Assembly: GCA_007122505.1 (NCBI GenBank)
Contig: SKTQ01000063.1
Location: 1 to 37,609 of the forward strand
Length of the DNA stretch: 37,609 nucleotides
From: Bacteroidales bacterium
GTDB lineage: Bacteria; Bacteroidota; Bacteroidia; Bacteroidales; UBA7960
Reading direction: 5' to 3'
The notes below the pieces were generated by a model. It searched no databases, was not told where the DNA came from, and saw only the letters and a list, made by a program, of their open reading frames with translations. The position numbers were made by a program, and so were the translations under genes. Positions 1-9,094 of this stretch are shown here, in pieces; position 1 is the stretch's first letter; each line of letters begins with the position of its first letter.

Positions 1-276
1 GAAGCATATGCACTCAACAACAAACCCTGGCCATCCTTCCTCGACGGAATAGGAAATGCCTTTGGCTACGGATGGGTTTTGCTTACCGTAGGGTTCTTCA
101 GAGAACTCTTCGGCTCGGGGACTCTCATGGGATACCAGGTCATCCCCGGTTTCTTATATGATTTGGGATATGAAAACAACGGATTTATGATCCTCCCGCC
201 AATGGCCCTGATCACAGTAGGTATCATTATCTGGGTACACCGGCACAGGGATCGAAGCCTGGTTGATATCAGCTAA
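1..276 (+). CDS. nqrD: Na+-translocating NADH:quinone oxidoreductase subunit D, C-terminal part (5' end lies outside the window)
   Basis: Frame 1 is open from base 1 to the TAA at 274-276. The translation (...GFFRELFGSGTL...ILPPMALITVGIIIW...) resembles the NqrD/RnfE C-terminal helices. nqrE and nqrF follow immediately. Confidence 0.85.
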   Translation, partial: EAYALNNKPWPSFLDGIGNAFGYGWVLLTVGFFRELFGSGTLMGYQVIPGFLYDLGYENNGFMILPPMALITVGIIIWVHRHRDRSLVDIS

Positions 277-306
277 TCCATGGTAAAACCTTAAAGCGAA
301 AAAAAA

Positions 307-924
307 ATGCAAGAGTTTGTAAACATATTTGTAAGGTCAGTCTTTATCGACAACATGGTATTTGCGTACTTCCTGGGTATGTGTTCTTACCTGGCTGTGT
401 CACGAACCGTGAATACCAGCGTGGGCCTCGGTTTTGCCGTGGTGTTCGTACTCGGTATCACAGTGCCTGTTAACTACCTGCTGGAGAATTTCATCCTGGG
501 AAGAGGCGCCTTGTCATGGCTCGGACCACAGTTTGCCGCTGTTGACCTGAGCTTTCTCACATTTATCATGTTTATCGCCATCATCGCAGCCATGGTGCAG
601 CTGGTCGAAATGATCATAGAAAAGATCAGTCCCACACTGCATAACTCATTGGGAATTTTTCTGCCCCTGATTGCCGTTAACTGCGCTATCCTCGGCGGTT
701 CACTCTTTATGCAGGAAAGAAACTTTGCCAATATCGGAGAAGCCGCTTCGTTTGGCCTGGGCAGCGGTTTCGGATTTTTCCTGGCCATCGTGGGCATTGC
801 CGCTATCCGGGAAAAAATTCGTTATTCAGCCGTTCCTGCACCACTGCGGGGCCTCGGCATCACCTTTATCATCACCGGGCTCATGGGTATTGCATTCATG
901 AGCTTTATGGGTATTGAATTATAA
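307..924 (+). CDS. nqrE: Na+-translocating NADH:quinone oxidoreductase subunit E
   Basis: 205-aa polytopic membrane protein with the NqrE/RnfA-type motif GIFLPLIAVNCAILGG. It sits between nqrD and nqrF. Confidence 0.9.
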   Translation: MQEFVNIFVRSVFIDNMVFAYFLGMCSYLAVSRTVNTSVGLGFAVVFVLGITVPVNYLLENFILGRGALSWLGPQFAAVDLSFLTFIMFIAIIAAMVQLVEMIIEKISPTLHNSLGIFLPLIAVNCAILGGSLFMQERNFANIGEAASFGLGSGFGFFLAIVGIAAIREKIRYSAVPAPLRGLGITFIITGLMGIAFMSFMGIEL

Positions 925-945
925 AAAGTTAGAAAAACAATTGCC

Positions 946-2205
946 ATGATATTGTTAGATGTAGCAAATATTTGGATCATCACGCTCAGCGTGGTCATGT
1001 TTCTTTTTGTGATGCTCCTGCTGGTGGGAATATTGCTTTATGCAAGAGCAAAACTGGTGCCCAGTGGTCCGGTGAAAATTACCATCAACAACGAAAAAGA
1101 AATGGAAGTGAACGCCGGCGACACCCTCCTTACAACCCTTTCACGCGAATCCATTTACCTTCCCAGCGCATGTGGGGGAGGTGGCACGTGCGCCATGTGC
1201 AAATGCCAGGTATTCGACGGTGCAGGAGACATACTTCCAACCGAAGTAGGCTATTTCACCCGAAAGGAGATCCAGGATAAATGGAGACTGAGCTGCCAGA
1301 TCAAAGTGAAGCAGGATATGGATATCCATGTTCCCAAGGAGATCTTTGGTATCAAAAAGTGGGAATGTGAAGTGATTTCCAACCACAACGTCGCCACCTT
1401 TATCAAGGAATTTGTGGTGAAGCTGCCCGAGGGTGAAAACCTTGACTTCCAGTCGGGAGGATATATCCAGATCGATGTGCCACCCTGTGAGGTAGAATTC
1501 AAGGATTTCGAAGTGGAGAAACAATTCCGCGACGACTGGGACAAACTAAACATGTGGGACCTGAAAATGGTCAACTCAGAACCGATTTTCAGGGCCTATT
1601 CCATGGCAAACCACCCGGCCGAAGGAAACATCATCAAGCTGAATATCCGAATCGCCACCCCTCCCTGGGATCAGAAAAAGAACAAGTTCATGAACGTGAA
1701 TCCCGGGATTTGTTCCAGCTATATCTTCGCCAGGAAGCCCGGCGATAAAGTAACCATTTCCGGCCCGTACGGTGACTTCTTTATCAAAGAAACAGAGCGT
1801 GAGATGGTATATATCGGCGGAGGAGCAGGGATGGCCCCACTGCGGTCTCATATATTCCACATGTTCCATACACTGAAAACCGACAGAAAAGTTTCCTACT
1901 GGTACGGGGCCCGATCAAAAAGAGAGGTTTTTTATGAAGAAGAATTCCGGAAAATTGAAAAGGAATTTCCAAACTTCAAGTTCCATATAGCACTCTCAGA
2001 GCCTTTGCCGGAAGATAAATGGGATGGTTTTACAGGGTTTATTCACCAGGTAGTGATGGATAATTATCTGAAAGAGCACCCCGAGCCGGAAGAGGTGGAA
2101 TACTACCTCTGCGGTCCACCCATCATGAATGAATCGGTGCTCAATATGCTCGATAATTTGGGAGTACCTGAAGAAAATATTGACCTTGACGATTTTGGAG
2201 GTTAA
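946..2205 (+). CDS. nqrF: Na+-translocating NADH:quinone oxidoreductase subunit F
   Basis: 419 aa. N-terminal TM helix, a 2Fe-2S ferredoxin Cys cluster ([14 protein letters not shown]), and a ferredoxin-reductase-type FAD/NADH domain ([21 protein letters not shown]). Confidence 0.93.
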   Translation: MILLDVANIWIITLSVVMFLFVMLLLVGILLYARAKLVPSGPVKITINNEKEMEVNAGDTLLTTLSRESIYLPSACGGGGTCAMCKCQVFDGAGDILPTEVGYFTRKEIQDKWRLSCQIKVKQDMDIHVPKEIFGIKKWECEVISNHNVATFIKEFVVKLPEGENLDFQSGGYIQIDVPPCEVEFKDFEVEKQFRDDWDKLNMWDLKMVNSEPIFRAYSMANHPAEGNIIKLNIRIATPPWDQKKNKFMNVNPGICSSYIFARKPGDKVTISGPYGDFFIKETEREMVYIGGGAGMAPLRSHIFHMFHTLKTDRKVSYWYGARSKREVFYEEEFRKIEKEFPNFKFHIALSEPLPEDKWDGFTGFIHQVVMDNYLKEHPEPEEVEYYLCGPPIMNESVLNMLDNLGVPEENIDLDDFGG

Positions 2206-2211
2206 CTTTGC

Positions 2212-2237
2212 AGCCCTGCTTTGCAGGGCTTTTTTTA
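2212..2237 (+). terminator. Rho-independent terminator after nqrF
   Basis: Stem agccctgc / gcagggct (2212-2219 and 2223-2230) followed by a T-run at 2231-2236. Confidence 0.7.
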
Positions 2238-2241
2238 ACCT

Positions 2242-3135
2242 TTGAAAATGAAAAAAGATCGCTTTACTAAAGCCAACCGTGTTGTCTGGATAGGCTTCCT
2301 GGCCAATGCACTGCTGACCGTGTTCAAGCTGATGGCCGGGATTTTTGGCCGCAGTGCGGCAATGATTGCTGATGCCATCCATTCCATCAGCGATTTCATG
2401 ACGGACCTTGTGATCGCCGGAAGCCTCAAAGTAGCGGCACGGCCACGCGATGGCAATCATAAATACGGACACGGAAAAGTGGAAACACTGGCCGCAGCAT
2501 TCGTGGGGGGTGTCCTGCTGCTGGTGGGTGTTGGAATTTTATACTCAGGTATTAAAAACATCATTGGACATTTTGGTGATGATCCGCTCCACCGGCCCGG
2601 AATGATCGCGCTGTATGCCGCAGTGCTCTCCATTGCCATCAAAGAGGTTTTATTCAGATATACCATTCAAACCGGGAAAAAAGTAAACAGCACGGTGCTT
2701 GTCGCCAATGCATGGCACCACAGAAGCGATGTTTACTCATCCCTCGCTACCCTGGCAGGCATCGCAGGTGCCATTTTTCTGGGCAATCAATGGATAATAC
2801 TGGACCCCATCGCCGCTATACTGGTAAGCTTCTTTATCTTTAAGGTGGCTTTTATGATCGTAAGGGAAGCCCTGCTAGAACTCATTGAAACCTCTTTGCC
2901 CTCCTCAAAGGAAAAGGAAATCATAACGATAGCCGGAAACGTGAAAGGGGTGCATAATCCCCACGATCTTAAAACCCGGAAGATTGGAAGCAATATCGCC
3001 ATCGATATGCATATCCAGGTTAAGCAGCACCTCAATGTAAAAGAAGCCCATGACATTACCGTGGAACTGGAAAAATGCCTGCGCGACAAATACGGCGACG
3101 ATACACATATTTCTGTGCATACTGAGCCGCTGTGA
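2242..3135 (+). CDS. Cation diffusion facilitator (CDF) family divalent-metal efflux transporter
   Basis: 297 aa, six predicted TM helices, HxxxD metal-site motifs (HSISD, HHRSD), and a C-terminal cytoplasmic domain ending ...HISVHTEPL, typical of FieF/CzcD-type CDFs. Confidence 0.85.
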   Translation: MKMKKDRFTKANRVVWIGFLANALLTVFKLMAGIFGRSAAMIADAIHSISDFMTDLVIAGSLKVAARPRDGNHKYGHGKVETLAAAFVGGVLLLVGVGILYSGIKNIIGHFGDDPLHRPGMIALYAAVLSIAIKEVLFRYTIQTGKKVNSTVLVANAWHHRSDVYSSLATLAGIAGAIFLGNQWIILDPIAAILVSFFIFKVAFMIVREALLELIETSLPSSKEKEIITIAGNVKGVHNPHDLKTRKIGSNIAIDMHIQVKQHLNVKEAHDITVELEKCLRDKYGDDTHISVHTEPL

Positions 3136-3254
3136 TGTTTGGGGAAGAAGGGAATTGGGAGAAAAAGTAAGAAGTAAGCAGTAGAAGGGACAGGGCTTGA
3201 CCTGTCCATGAAAAAATGTTGTTTTGTATGAATCTTTCAACATTTGAATGAGAC

Positions 3255-3287
3255 CTTTTGACCTTTTGACTTTTTACACATTTTGAC
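3255..3287 (+). repeat. Short tandem CTTTTGAC repeats upstream of apbE
   Basis: cttttgac at 3255-3262 and 3263-3270, with a third ttttgac at 3281-3287. The last copy ends 16 nt before the apbE ATG. Confidence 0.6.
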
Positions 3288-3302
3288 ATTAAAAAAACAC
3301 AT

Positions 3303-4316
3303 ATGAAAAAATTTGGCTTGTTCGGTCTGATTATTTTGTTGATGATTTCCTGTGCACCATTTGACAGGGGGCCGCAGCTTGTGATCATCAGGGGAGTGGT
3401 TTTTGGCACATATTATTCCGTTTCTTATTATGATGATGAAGGCGCTGTATATCAGGAAGCAATCGACAGCCTGTTCAGGAAGTTTAACCGTTCGCTTTCG
3501 TTTTATGACCCCGGGTCTTTGTTGTCGCGAATCAACCGGAATGAAGAGACCCGTGCTGATGATTTTTTTGAAGCGGTTTTTGTGCGTGCGCAGGAAATAT
3601 CCGTGGAAACAGGAGGTGCTTTTGATGCCACTGTTTTTCCCCTTGTGGATGCCTGGGGGTTTGGTTTCTCTCAGAGAGCCGAGATGACCCCTGAAAAGAT
3701 TGACAGCTTATTACAATTTGTGGGTTTTGAAAAAGTGTGGCTGGAAGATGGACATGTGGTCAAAGATGATGAACGCGTTCAGCTGGATTTTAACGCCATT
3801 GCAAAAGGTTATGCCGCCGACTTGGTGGGGCTTTTTCTGGAATCAAAAGGAGTATCTGCTTACCTGGTTGAAATTGGAGGTGACATGATAGCCAAAGGTG
3901 TCAAACCCGACGGCAGCAAATGGCGTATAGGGCTTGAAATACCCGCTGAAGATATGGACGCCGATCAGCAATGGGATTATTTTGTGGAGATTAAAGACGT
4001 TGGGCTGGCTACTTCGGGCGACTACCGTCGCTATTACGAAGAAGAAGGTCGCCGTTTTTCCCATACCATCGACCCTGAAACCGGATATCCGGTTGATCAC
4101 CAGCTGATGAGTGCATCCGTTTTTGCCCCCGACGCCATGTCAGCCGATGCCTATGCAACTGCCTTCATGGTGATGGGCCTTGAAAAAGCTATGGATTTTG
4201 TTGAAAAGCGCAACGATCTGGAAGCATATTTCATCTTCGCCGACCCCGGGGCAGAACAACGTTTTGCCTATTATGCCAGCTCTGGACTCACATTGCTCTC
4301 CAGGGAAGATTTATAG
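3303..4316 (+). CDS. apbE: FAD:protein FMN transferase (ApbE family) lipoprotein
   Basis: 337 aa. Signal peptide with lipobox (LLMISC), ApbE-type motifs (AIAKGYAAD, SGDYRRY, HTIDPETGYP). Located close to nqrF, as expected for the flavinylation factor of NqrB/NqrC. Confidence 0.88.
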   Translation: MKKFGLFGLIILLMISCAPFDRGPQLVIIRGVVFGTYYSVSYYDDEGAVYQEAIDSLFRKFNRSLSFYDPGSLLSRINRNEETRADDFFEAVFVRAQEISVETGGAFDATVFPLVDAWGFGFSQRAEMTPEKIDSLLQFVGFEKVWLEDGHVVKDDERVQLDFNAIAKGYAADLVGLFLESKGVSAYLVEIGGDMIAKGVKPDGSKWRIGLEIPAEDMDADQQWDYFVEIKDVGLATSGDYRRYYEEEGRRFSHTIDPETGYPVDHQLMSASVFAPDAMSADAYATAFMVMGLEKAMDFVEKRNDLEAYFIFADPGAEQRFAYYASSGLTLLSREDL

Positions 4317-4558
4317 CGCAGAAACCTATACATATGCCAACCTTAAAAAAACAGGCCTTCTGCAACCCGGGCCCTGTAACTCCTGTGTGCAATCTACTTT
4401 GATTACCCGGCTTTGTTCCAAACACAGATACAAAAAACCATGAAAAACGGAATATGGATATCTGTGACGGATGAAGTTTTCTGATGTTGAAAAAAAATTG
4501 TATATTTAAGGATAAAATATGACAGCTAATTTTTAAATCAGCGAAAAAAAATGTTCCT

Positions 4559-5560
4559 ATGAAAAGAGCACAAAAAATTCGCCTTGGCATATTCTTAATG
4601 GTAAGCACAGGCATTCTGATCATTCTGATCGTATTCTTTGTCGCCCGTAGCATGTTTGAGACCAAAGAACAATACTTTGTGGCCTATGAGAATATATCTG
4701 TAAGCGGACTGAATATTGGAAGTCCCGTAAAATATCTGGGTATCAATGTCGGTACCATTACGAATATCCGGATTGACCCCGATGATGTACATACCATCAT
4801 TATTGAGCTGGCCCTTACGGAGGGGACACCGGTAAAAGAGGATGCGGTGGCCGACATTGTGGCCATGGGAATCACGGGTTTACGTACCATCGAGATCAGG
4901 GGAGGTACACGCGAAGCGGATTTCCTGGAGCCGGGTGGCTATATCCGGGCCGGTACCTCTTTTGCGGAAGACATAACCGGTAAAGCAGAAGACATTTACT
5001 TCAAACTGGAGCAGGTGCTGAACAATCTGCAAGTGTTTACCCATCCGGATAATATGCAGGCCTTTACCCAAACGGCACAGGATATCTCCGCGTTTACCAG
5101 GCAGGCAGGTGAAACGGTAGCCTCATTGGATGGCGTTATTTCCGACAACCGCGAGGAAATCAGGCAAGTGGTGGCATCAGCGGAAAAATTTACCCGGGAA
5201 CTGGACAAAACCTCTGAAGAACTTTTTTTGGCCGTTGCCCGCTTTAACCAGATCATGCAGGGCGATACCCTAACGGAAGTGCTTGGAAATTTCCGGGAAC
5301 TATCGGTAACCCTCAAAGAAACCAACCTGAATGAGCTGATAGAACAATTGGCAGCCACCACCTCTGATACACAGATACTGTTGCGGCGCGTTGGTGATGA
5401 TATTGACCGCGGTAGCGAAGCACTCGCCGAAAACCTGTTGCTCCTGCAGTATACACTGGAAAACATTCATGAAATATCCCGCAAGGCCAGTGCAAACCCC
5501 TCTGTTCTCATTCGGCGTCCCCGTATGGAAGATGCAGCAGATAAAATATTGCAAGACTGA
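4559..5560 (+). CDS. MlaD/MCE-domain protein with a long helical C-terminal extension
   Basis: 333 aa. N-terminal TM anchor, an MCE domain (VSGLNIGSPVKYLGINVGTITNIRIDPDD), then about 200 aa of helical, low-complexity sequence. It is the first gene of an Mla-like operon. Confidence 0.75.
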   Translation: MKRAQKIRLGIFLMVSTGILIILIVFFVARSMFETKEQYFVAYENISVSGLNIGSPVKYLGINVGTITNIRIDPDDVHTIIIELALTEGTPVKEDAVADIVAMGITGLRTIEIRGGTREADFLEPGGYIRAGTSFAEDITGKAEDIYFKLEQVLNNLQVFTHPDNMQAFTQTAQDISAFTRQAGETVASLDGVISDNREEIRQVVASAEKFTRELDKTSEELFLAVARFNQIMQGDTLTEVLGNFRELSVTLKETNLNELIEQLAATTSDTQILLRRVGDDIDRGSEALAENLLLLQYTLENIHEISRKASANPSVLIRRPRMEDAADKILQD

Positions 5561-5633
5561 AAGGGCCTACGAAATATCCCATGAAAATAAATAAAGAAAA
5601 ACCGGTATTTGTCATACAAACACAATAAACACC

Positions 5634-6269
5634 ATGATGAAAAAAACCTGCCTCAAAACATACATCCTGATTTCTTTGGCGGCCCTTTTCTCCCTGATGG
5701 GTTGCAGAAGCGGTAAACCTGTGGTGCAGCAATATTATCTGCTGGAGTTGCCACCTGTTTTGTTAACAGATTGGCCGGCTGATATTTCCGCTGTTCCTGC
5801 AATACTCCGGATCGAAAAAGTGGGTGTTTCACCGGCCTATGCAGGCCACCAAATCGCCATCCGGGAAAATACCAACCAAATCAGGTATTTTAACTTTAAC
5901 ACATGGGCCGTCCGGCCACAAGAGGCTTTTACTCAAATGAGCTTCGCGTTTTTTGAAAAATACGGGCTGTTCGAACATGTGAAACTCGGACGAACACACT
6001 TACCGGCTTCATATCTGCTGGAAACTGAAATACACCATCTTGAAATTGACAACATGGAAGGGCATTTCCGCGCCCGGCTGCATGTAGCATTCAGTCTGTC
6101 ATATTATGAAAATGGCTATGAAATCATTTACCAACATTCGGCCGACAGGTTTCAATCATTGGAACTAAACAGCATAAACGATTTTACTGCGGCTGTCAGC
6201 GCTATGTTTTCCGAAGAATTGCAGACTTTCAGTATTGGATTTATTAACATGCTGGGTGAAAACAGATAA
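5634..6269 (+). CDS. ABC-transport auxiliary lipoprotein (PqiC/YmbA-like, DUF330-type)
   Basis: 211 aa. Lipoprotein signal with lipobox LMGC. Its size and its position immediately after an MCE gene are typical of PqiC-like components. The assignment rests mostly on context. Confidence 0.5.
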   Translation: MMKKTCLKTYILISLAALFSLMGCRSGKPVVQQYYLLELPPVLLTDWPADISAVPAILRIEKVGVSPAYAGHQIAIRENTNQIRYFNFNTWAVRPQEAFTQMSFAFFEKYGLFEHVKLGRTHLPASYLLETEIHHLEIDNMEGHFRARLHVAFSLSYYENGYEIIYQHSADRFQSLELNSINDFTAAVSAMFSEELQTFSIGFINMLGENR

Positions 6270-6301
6270 AATACGCGGCCAATAGATTTATCTTACCGGT
6301 A

Positions 6302-7444
6302 ATGAGAAAAAAAACGAAAAATAGCTCCGATCGGAATATTGTTTTTGGCGATAAACAGATTGCCGTGCTGGATGGTAATGTGCTCCGTTTGGAAGGCAGT
6401 CTCACCATCAGGGAAGCCGCAAGATTTACAGGGGAGTTTTTCCGAATCTTTAAAACGTCAAAGTACAAGCATCTCAATATCGATTTGTCCAATTTGACAA
6501 ACATCGACAGTGCCGGTGTTATGGCCCTGTTTTATATTCAGAAACAGTTGAAAGCAAAGAAGGTCAGGGCTGAAATCAGGGAAGCGTCAGAAACGGTTCA
6601 GGACAAAATCCGGCTTTTCTTCCCGGATGCGGAAAGTACGATCGTGGTACCACAGAAACCGGGCTGGTTTGAAAATACCGGAAACAAAGTACATCATTTT
6701 TTTAGTTCCTATGTTTTTGGCTTTATACTATTGGCTGCCAATGTATTTTATTGGGGCGTTACCGATATTTTTCGTTCCCAGACCCGCCGCAAGGGTGAAG
6801 TGGTAAACCAGGCCATCCAGATTGGCGTAAATGCGGTGATTATCATCGTATTTCTCAGTTTTGTCATCGGATATGTTATCTCCCTTCATTCAGCCAGCCA
6901 ATTGAGAACATTTGGGGCAAATATTTTTGTGGTTGACCTGGTTGTTTTCTCTATCATGAGCCAAATGGGCCCCCTGATAACAGCAATTTTGGTAGCAGGC
7001 CGGAGCGGTTCGGCAATTGCCGCCGAAATTGCAACCATGAAAGTCACGGCCGAACTGGATGCACTGAAAACCATGGGATTAAACCCAAACCGTTTTGTGG
7101 TTGTACCAAAACTGTATGCCTGCATGCTGACCATGCCCTTTTTGATCGTTTTTGCCAATATAGCAGGTATTACCGGTGGTGCATTGGCTGCAAATGTATA
7201 CCTTGATATAACACCCAACATTTTCATCAACAGGATGCAGGAAATTATGATGGCTAAGGACTTATGGACTGCTTTGGTCAAAAGCCAGGTGTATGCAGGT
7301 TTGATCGTGTTAACCGGAAGCTTTTACGGTTTTCGTGTGGAAAGAGGGGCTGAAGGAGTTGGTCGCATGACCACCGCCGCCGTTGTATTGGCCATTACAC
7401 TGGTTGTTTTGGCCGACAGCATATTGGGTGTTATTTTTTATTAA
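6302..7444 (+). CDS. STAS domain fused to an MlaE-family ABC permease
   Basis: 380 aa. The N-terminal ~100 aa are STAS-like (LRLEGSLTIREA...NIDLSNLTNIDSAGVMALFYI). The rest is MlaE-like (GPLITAILVAGRSGSAIAAEIATMKVTAELDALKTMGLNP). Confidence 0.8.
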   Translation: MRKKTKNSSDRNIVFGDKQIAVLDGNVLRLEGSLTIREAARFTGEFFRIFKTSKYKHLNIDLSNLTNIDSAGVMALFYIQKQLKAKKVRAEIREASETVQDKIRLFFPDAESTIVVPQKPGWFENTGNKVHHFFSSYVFGFILLAANVFYWGVTDIFRSQTRRKGEVVNQAIQIGVNAVIIIVFLSFVIGYVISLHSASQLRTFGANIFVVDLVVFSIMSQMGPLITAILVAGRSGSAIAAEIATMKVTAELDALKTMGLNPNRFVVVPKLYACMLTMPFLIVFANIAGITGGALAANVYLDITPNIFINRMQEIMMAKDLWTALVKSQVYAGLIVLTGSFYGFRVERGAEGVGRMTTAAVVLAITLVVLADSILGVIFY

Positions 7445-7448
7445 ACTC

Positions 7449-8228
7449 ATGATGATGGAAAAAGAAAAGGTAGTTGAAGTTCGGAATCTTTTTGCAGCTT
7501 TTGATGACACAATTGTTCTTTCAGATGTTTCTTTTTCTGCATTTAAAGGTGAAGTGTGTGTTATTCTGGGAGGCAGTGGCTCCGGTAAAACCACCCTTCT
7601 GAAACATCTTCTGTCGCTCTATCCGGTAAAAAGAGGATATGTTTCGGTGCTCGGCAAAGATGTTTCTCGTCTGAGGGAAGTTGAACAGGTTGATCTGTAC
7701 CTGCAAATGGGTGTTTTCTACCAAAGTGGAGCACTCATAAACTCATTGACCGTTGCTGAAAATGTCGCCCTCCCTTTGGCACAACATTCAAATCTTCCCA
7801 AATCCCTGATTGATGATATTGTCTATATGAAGTTGGGATTGGTGAATCTCTCTCATGCATTTCACCTTTACCCCTCGCAGCTAAGCGGTGGAATGCTTAA
7901 GCGTGCTGCCCTTGCCCGGGCCATTGTCATGGACCCACCTTTGCTGTTCTGCGATGAACCGGGTGCAGGATTGGACCCTGTTTCGCTGGAATCGCTTGAT
8001 AACCTAATCCTTAACCTGAAAGATAAATTGGGAATGACCATTATCATGGTTACCCACGAAGTTTCCAGTATCCTGCGCGTGGCCAACCGGATCGTGTTTC
8101 TTGATAAGGGTGTAGTGGCATTCGAAGGTCCTTTGATCGACGCCCTGCACGTGGATCAGCCCGCCGTCAGGGAATTCTTCTCTGTATTGGATAACGAAAA
8201 CATCCGGGAACTGATAAAAGCGCAATAG
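7449..8228 (+). CDS. MlaF-like ABC transporter ATP-binding protein
   Basis: Walker A GGSGSGKTT, ABC signature LSGGMLKR, Walker B LLFCDEP. I place the start at the ATG at 7449, 5 nt after the permease stop, rather than at the track start 7383, which overlaps the permease. Confidence 0.85.
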   Translation: MMMEKEKVVEVRNLFAAFDDTIVLSDVSFSAFKGEVCVILGGSGSGKTTLLKHLLSLYPVKRGYVSVLGKDVSRLREVEQVDLYLQMGVFYQSGALINSLTVAENVALPLAQHSNLPKSLIDDIVYMKLGLVNLSHAFHLYPSQLSGGMLKRAALARAIVMDPPLLFCDEPGAGLDPVSLESLDNLILNLKDKLGMTIIMVTHEVSSILRVANRIVFLDKGVVAFEGPLIDALHVDQPAVREFFSVLDNENIRELIKAQ

Positions 8229-8332
8229 AGGAATTAAGGATAGAAGCGCTTTATATTGGATCCGGTTATGAATATGTTTACGAGTTGGCATTCATTGTAA
8301 AAAGACATCCTGCACATAATTAACCACGATTG

Positions 8333-9091
8333 ATGGTAGAAAAAATTAAGAAATATTTGTCTGATTTAGAGGAAGAAAAAGGAATTGAAATTCTTCTTGC
8401 TTGTGAGACAGGTTCGAGAGCATGGGGCTTCCCTTCACCAGACAGTGATTTTGATGTTCGAATTATTTACAAACATGAGAAAGATTGGTATTTAGGTCTG
8501 ACCGAAGAAAAAGACACAATCGAATGTTTTCTTGAAAACAATGAGATTGATATATGCGGTTGGGACTTGAGAAAAAGCCTTCGATTACTTGCAAAATCGA
8601 ATCCCCCTTTGCTCGAAAGAATTCAATCACCGATAATTTATAAAGTTGATAAAGAGTTCCTGACTGGAATTAATTCAGTTGCCCAAAAGACTTATTCAAG
8701 AATTGCCACAATCCACCATTATTTGAGTATGGCAAAAAAGGCATTTGAAGAAGTCGCAAATTCAGATGAATATAAACTGAAAAAATTCTTTTATGCACTT
8801 CGTTCGTCTGTGGCTTGTTTATGGATTTTAGAAAAGGAGGAAATTCCACCAATTGAACTTGGAAAAATGTTAAATGGACTCGATTTACCTGCAATTTTAA
8901 AAACAAGGATTGGAGAACTAATTGAAATAAAGTCATCTATTAGCGAAACTTACTTATATAAAGGTGAGAATGAGTTGATTGAATTCATGAAAGCCTGTAT
9001 TGAAAGAGCGGAAAACGAATCACAAAGTTTGCCAGCTTCAAAATGGAAAATGACTGATTTGAATGATTTTTTTCTCAAAACATTAGATTGA
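8333..9091 (+). CDS. Pol-beta-superfamily nucleotidyltransferase, paralogue 1 (YcgL/RlaP-like, probably Pfam PF10127)
   Basis: 252 aa from the ATG at 8333 (the track starts at the TTG at 8330). NTase signature ETGSRAWGFPSPDSDFDV (GS ... DxD), followed by DICGWDL and the NPPLLERIQSP helix. The coding sequence is AT-rich. Confidence 0.7.
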   Translation: MVEKIKKYLSDLEEEKGIEILLACETGSRAWGFPSPDSDFDVRIIYKHEKDWYLGLTEEKDTIECFLENNEIDICGWDLRKSLRLLAKSNPPLLERIQSPIIYKVDKEFLTGINSVAQKTYSRIATIHHYLSMAKKAFEEVANSDEYKLKKFFYALRSSVACLWILEKEEIPPIELGKMLNGLDLPAILKTRIGELIEIKSSISETYLYKGENELIEFMKACIERAENESQSLPASKWKMTDLNDFFLKTLD

Positions 9092-9094
9092 TTC

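Noticed and set aside
1996-2472. 158-aa minus-strand ORF spanning the nqrF 3' end, the terminator and the CDF 5' end.
   Set aside because: It crosses a strong intrinsic terminator and overlaps two well-supported plus-strand genes. Its translation has no recognisable features.
3189-3208. Hairpin ggacagg-gcttga-cctgtcc after the CDF gene as a terminator.
   Set aside because: A 7-bp stem is present but no T-run follows on the plus strand (atgaaaaaatg follows), so it is not a convincing intrinsic terminator.
4345-4377. Hairpin acagg(-)cc / gggccctgt after apbE as a possible terminator.
   Set aside because: The stem is bulged. On the plus strand the A-run precedes the stem and no T-run follows, so it would only work for a minus-strand transcript, and no minus-strand gene is upstream.
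7383-7448. Upstream extension of the MlaF-like ORF (track start 7383).
   Set aside because: The extension overlaps the permease gene by 62 nt and encodes a hydrophobic peptide unrelated to ABC ATPases. The ATG at 7449 gives the normal distance to Walker A.
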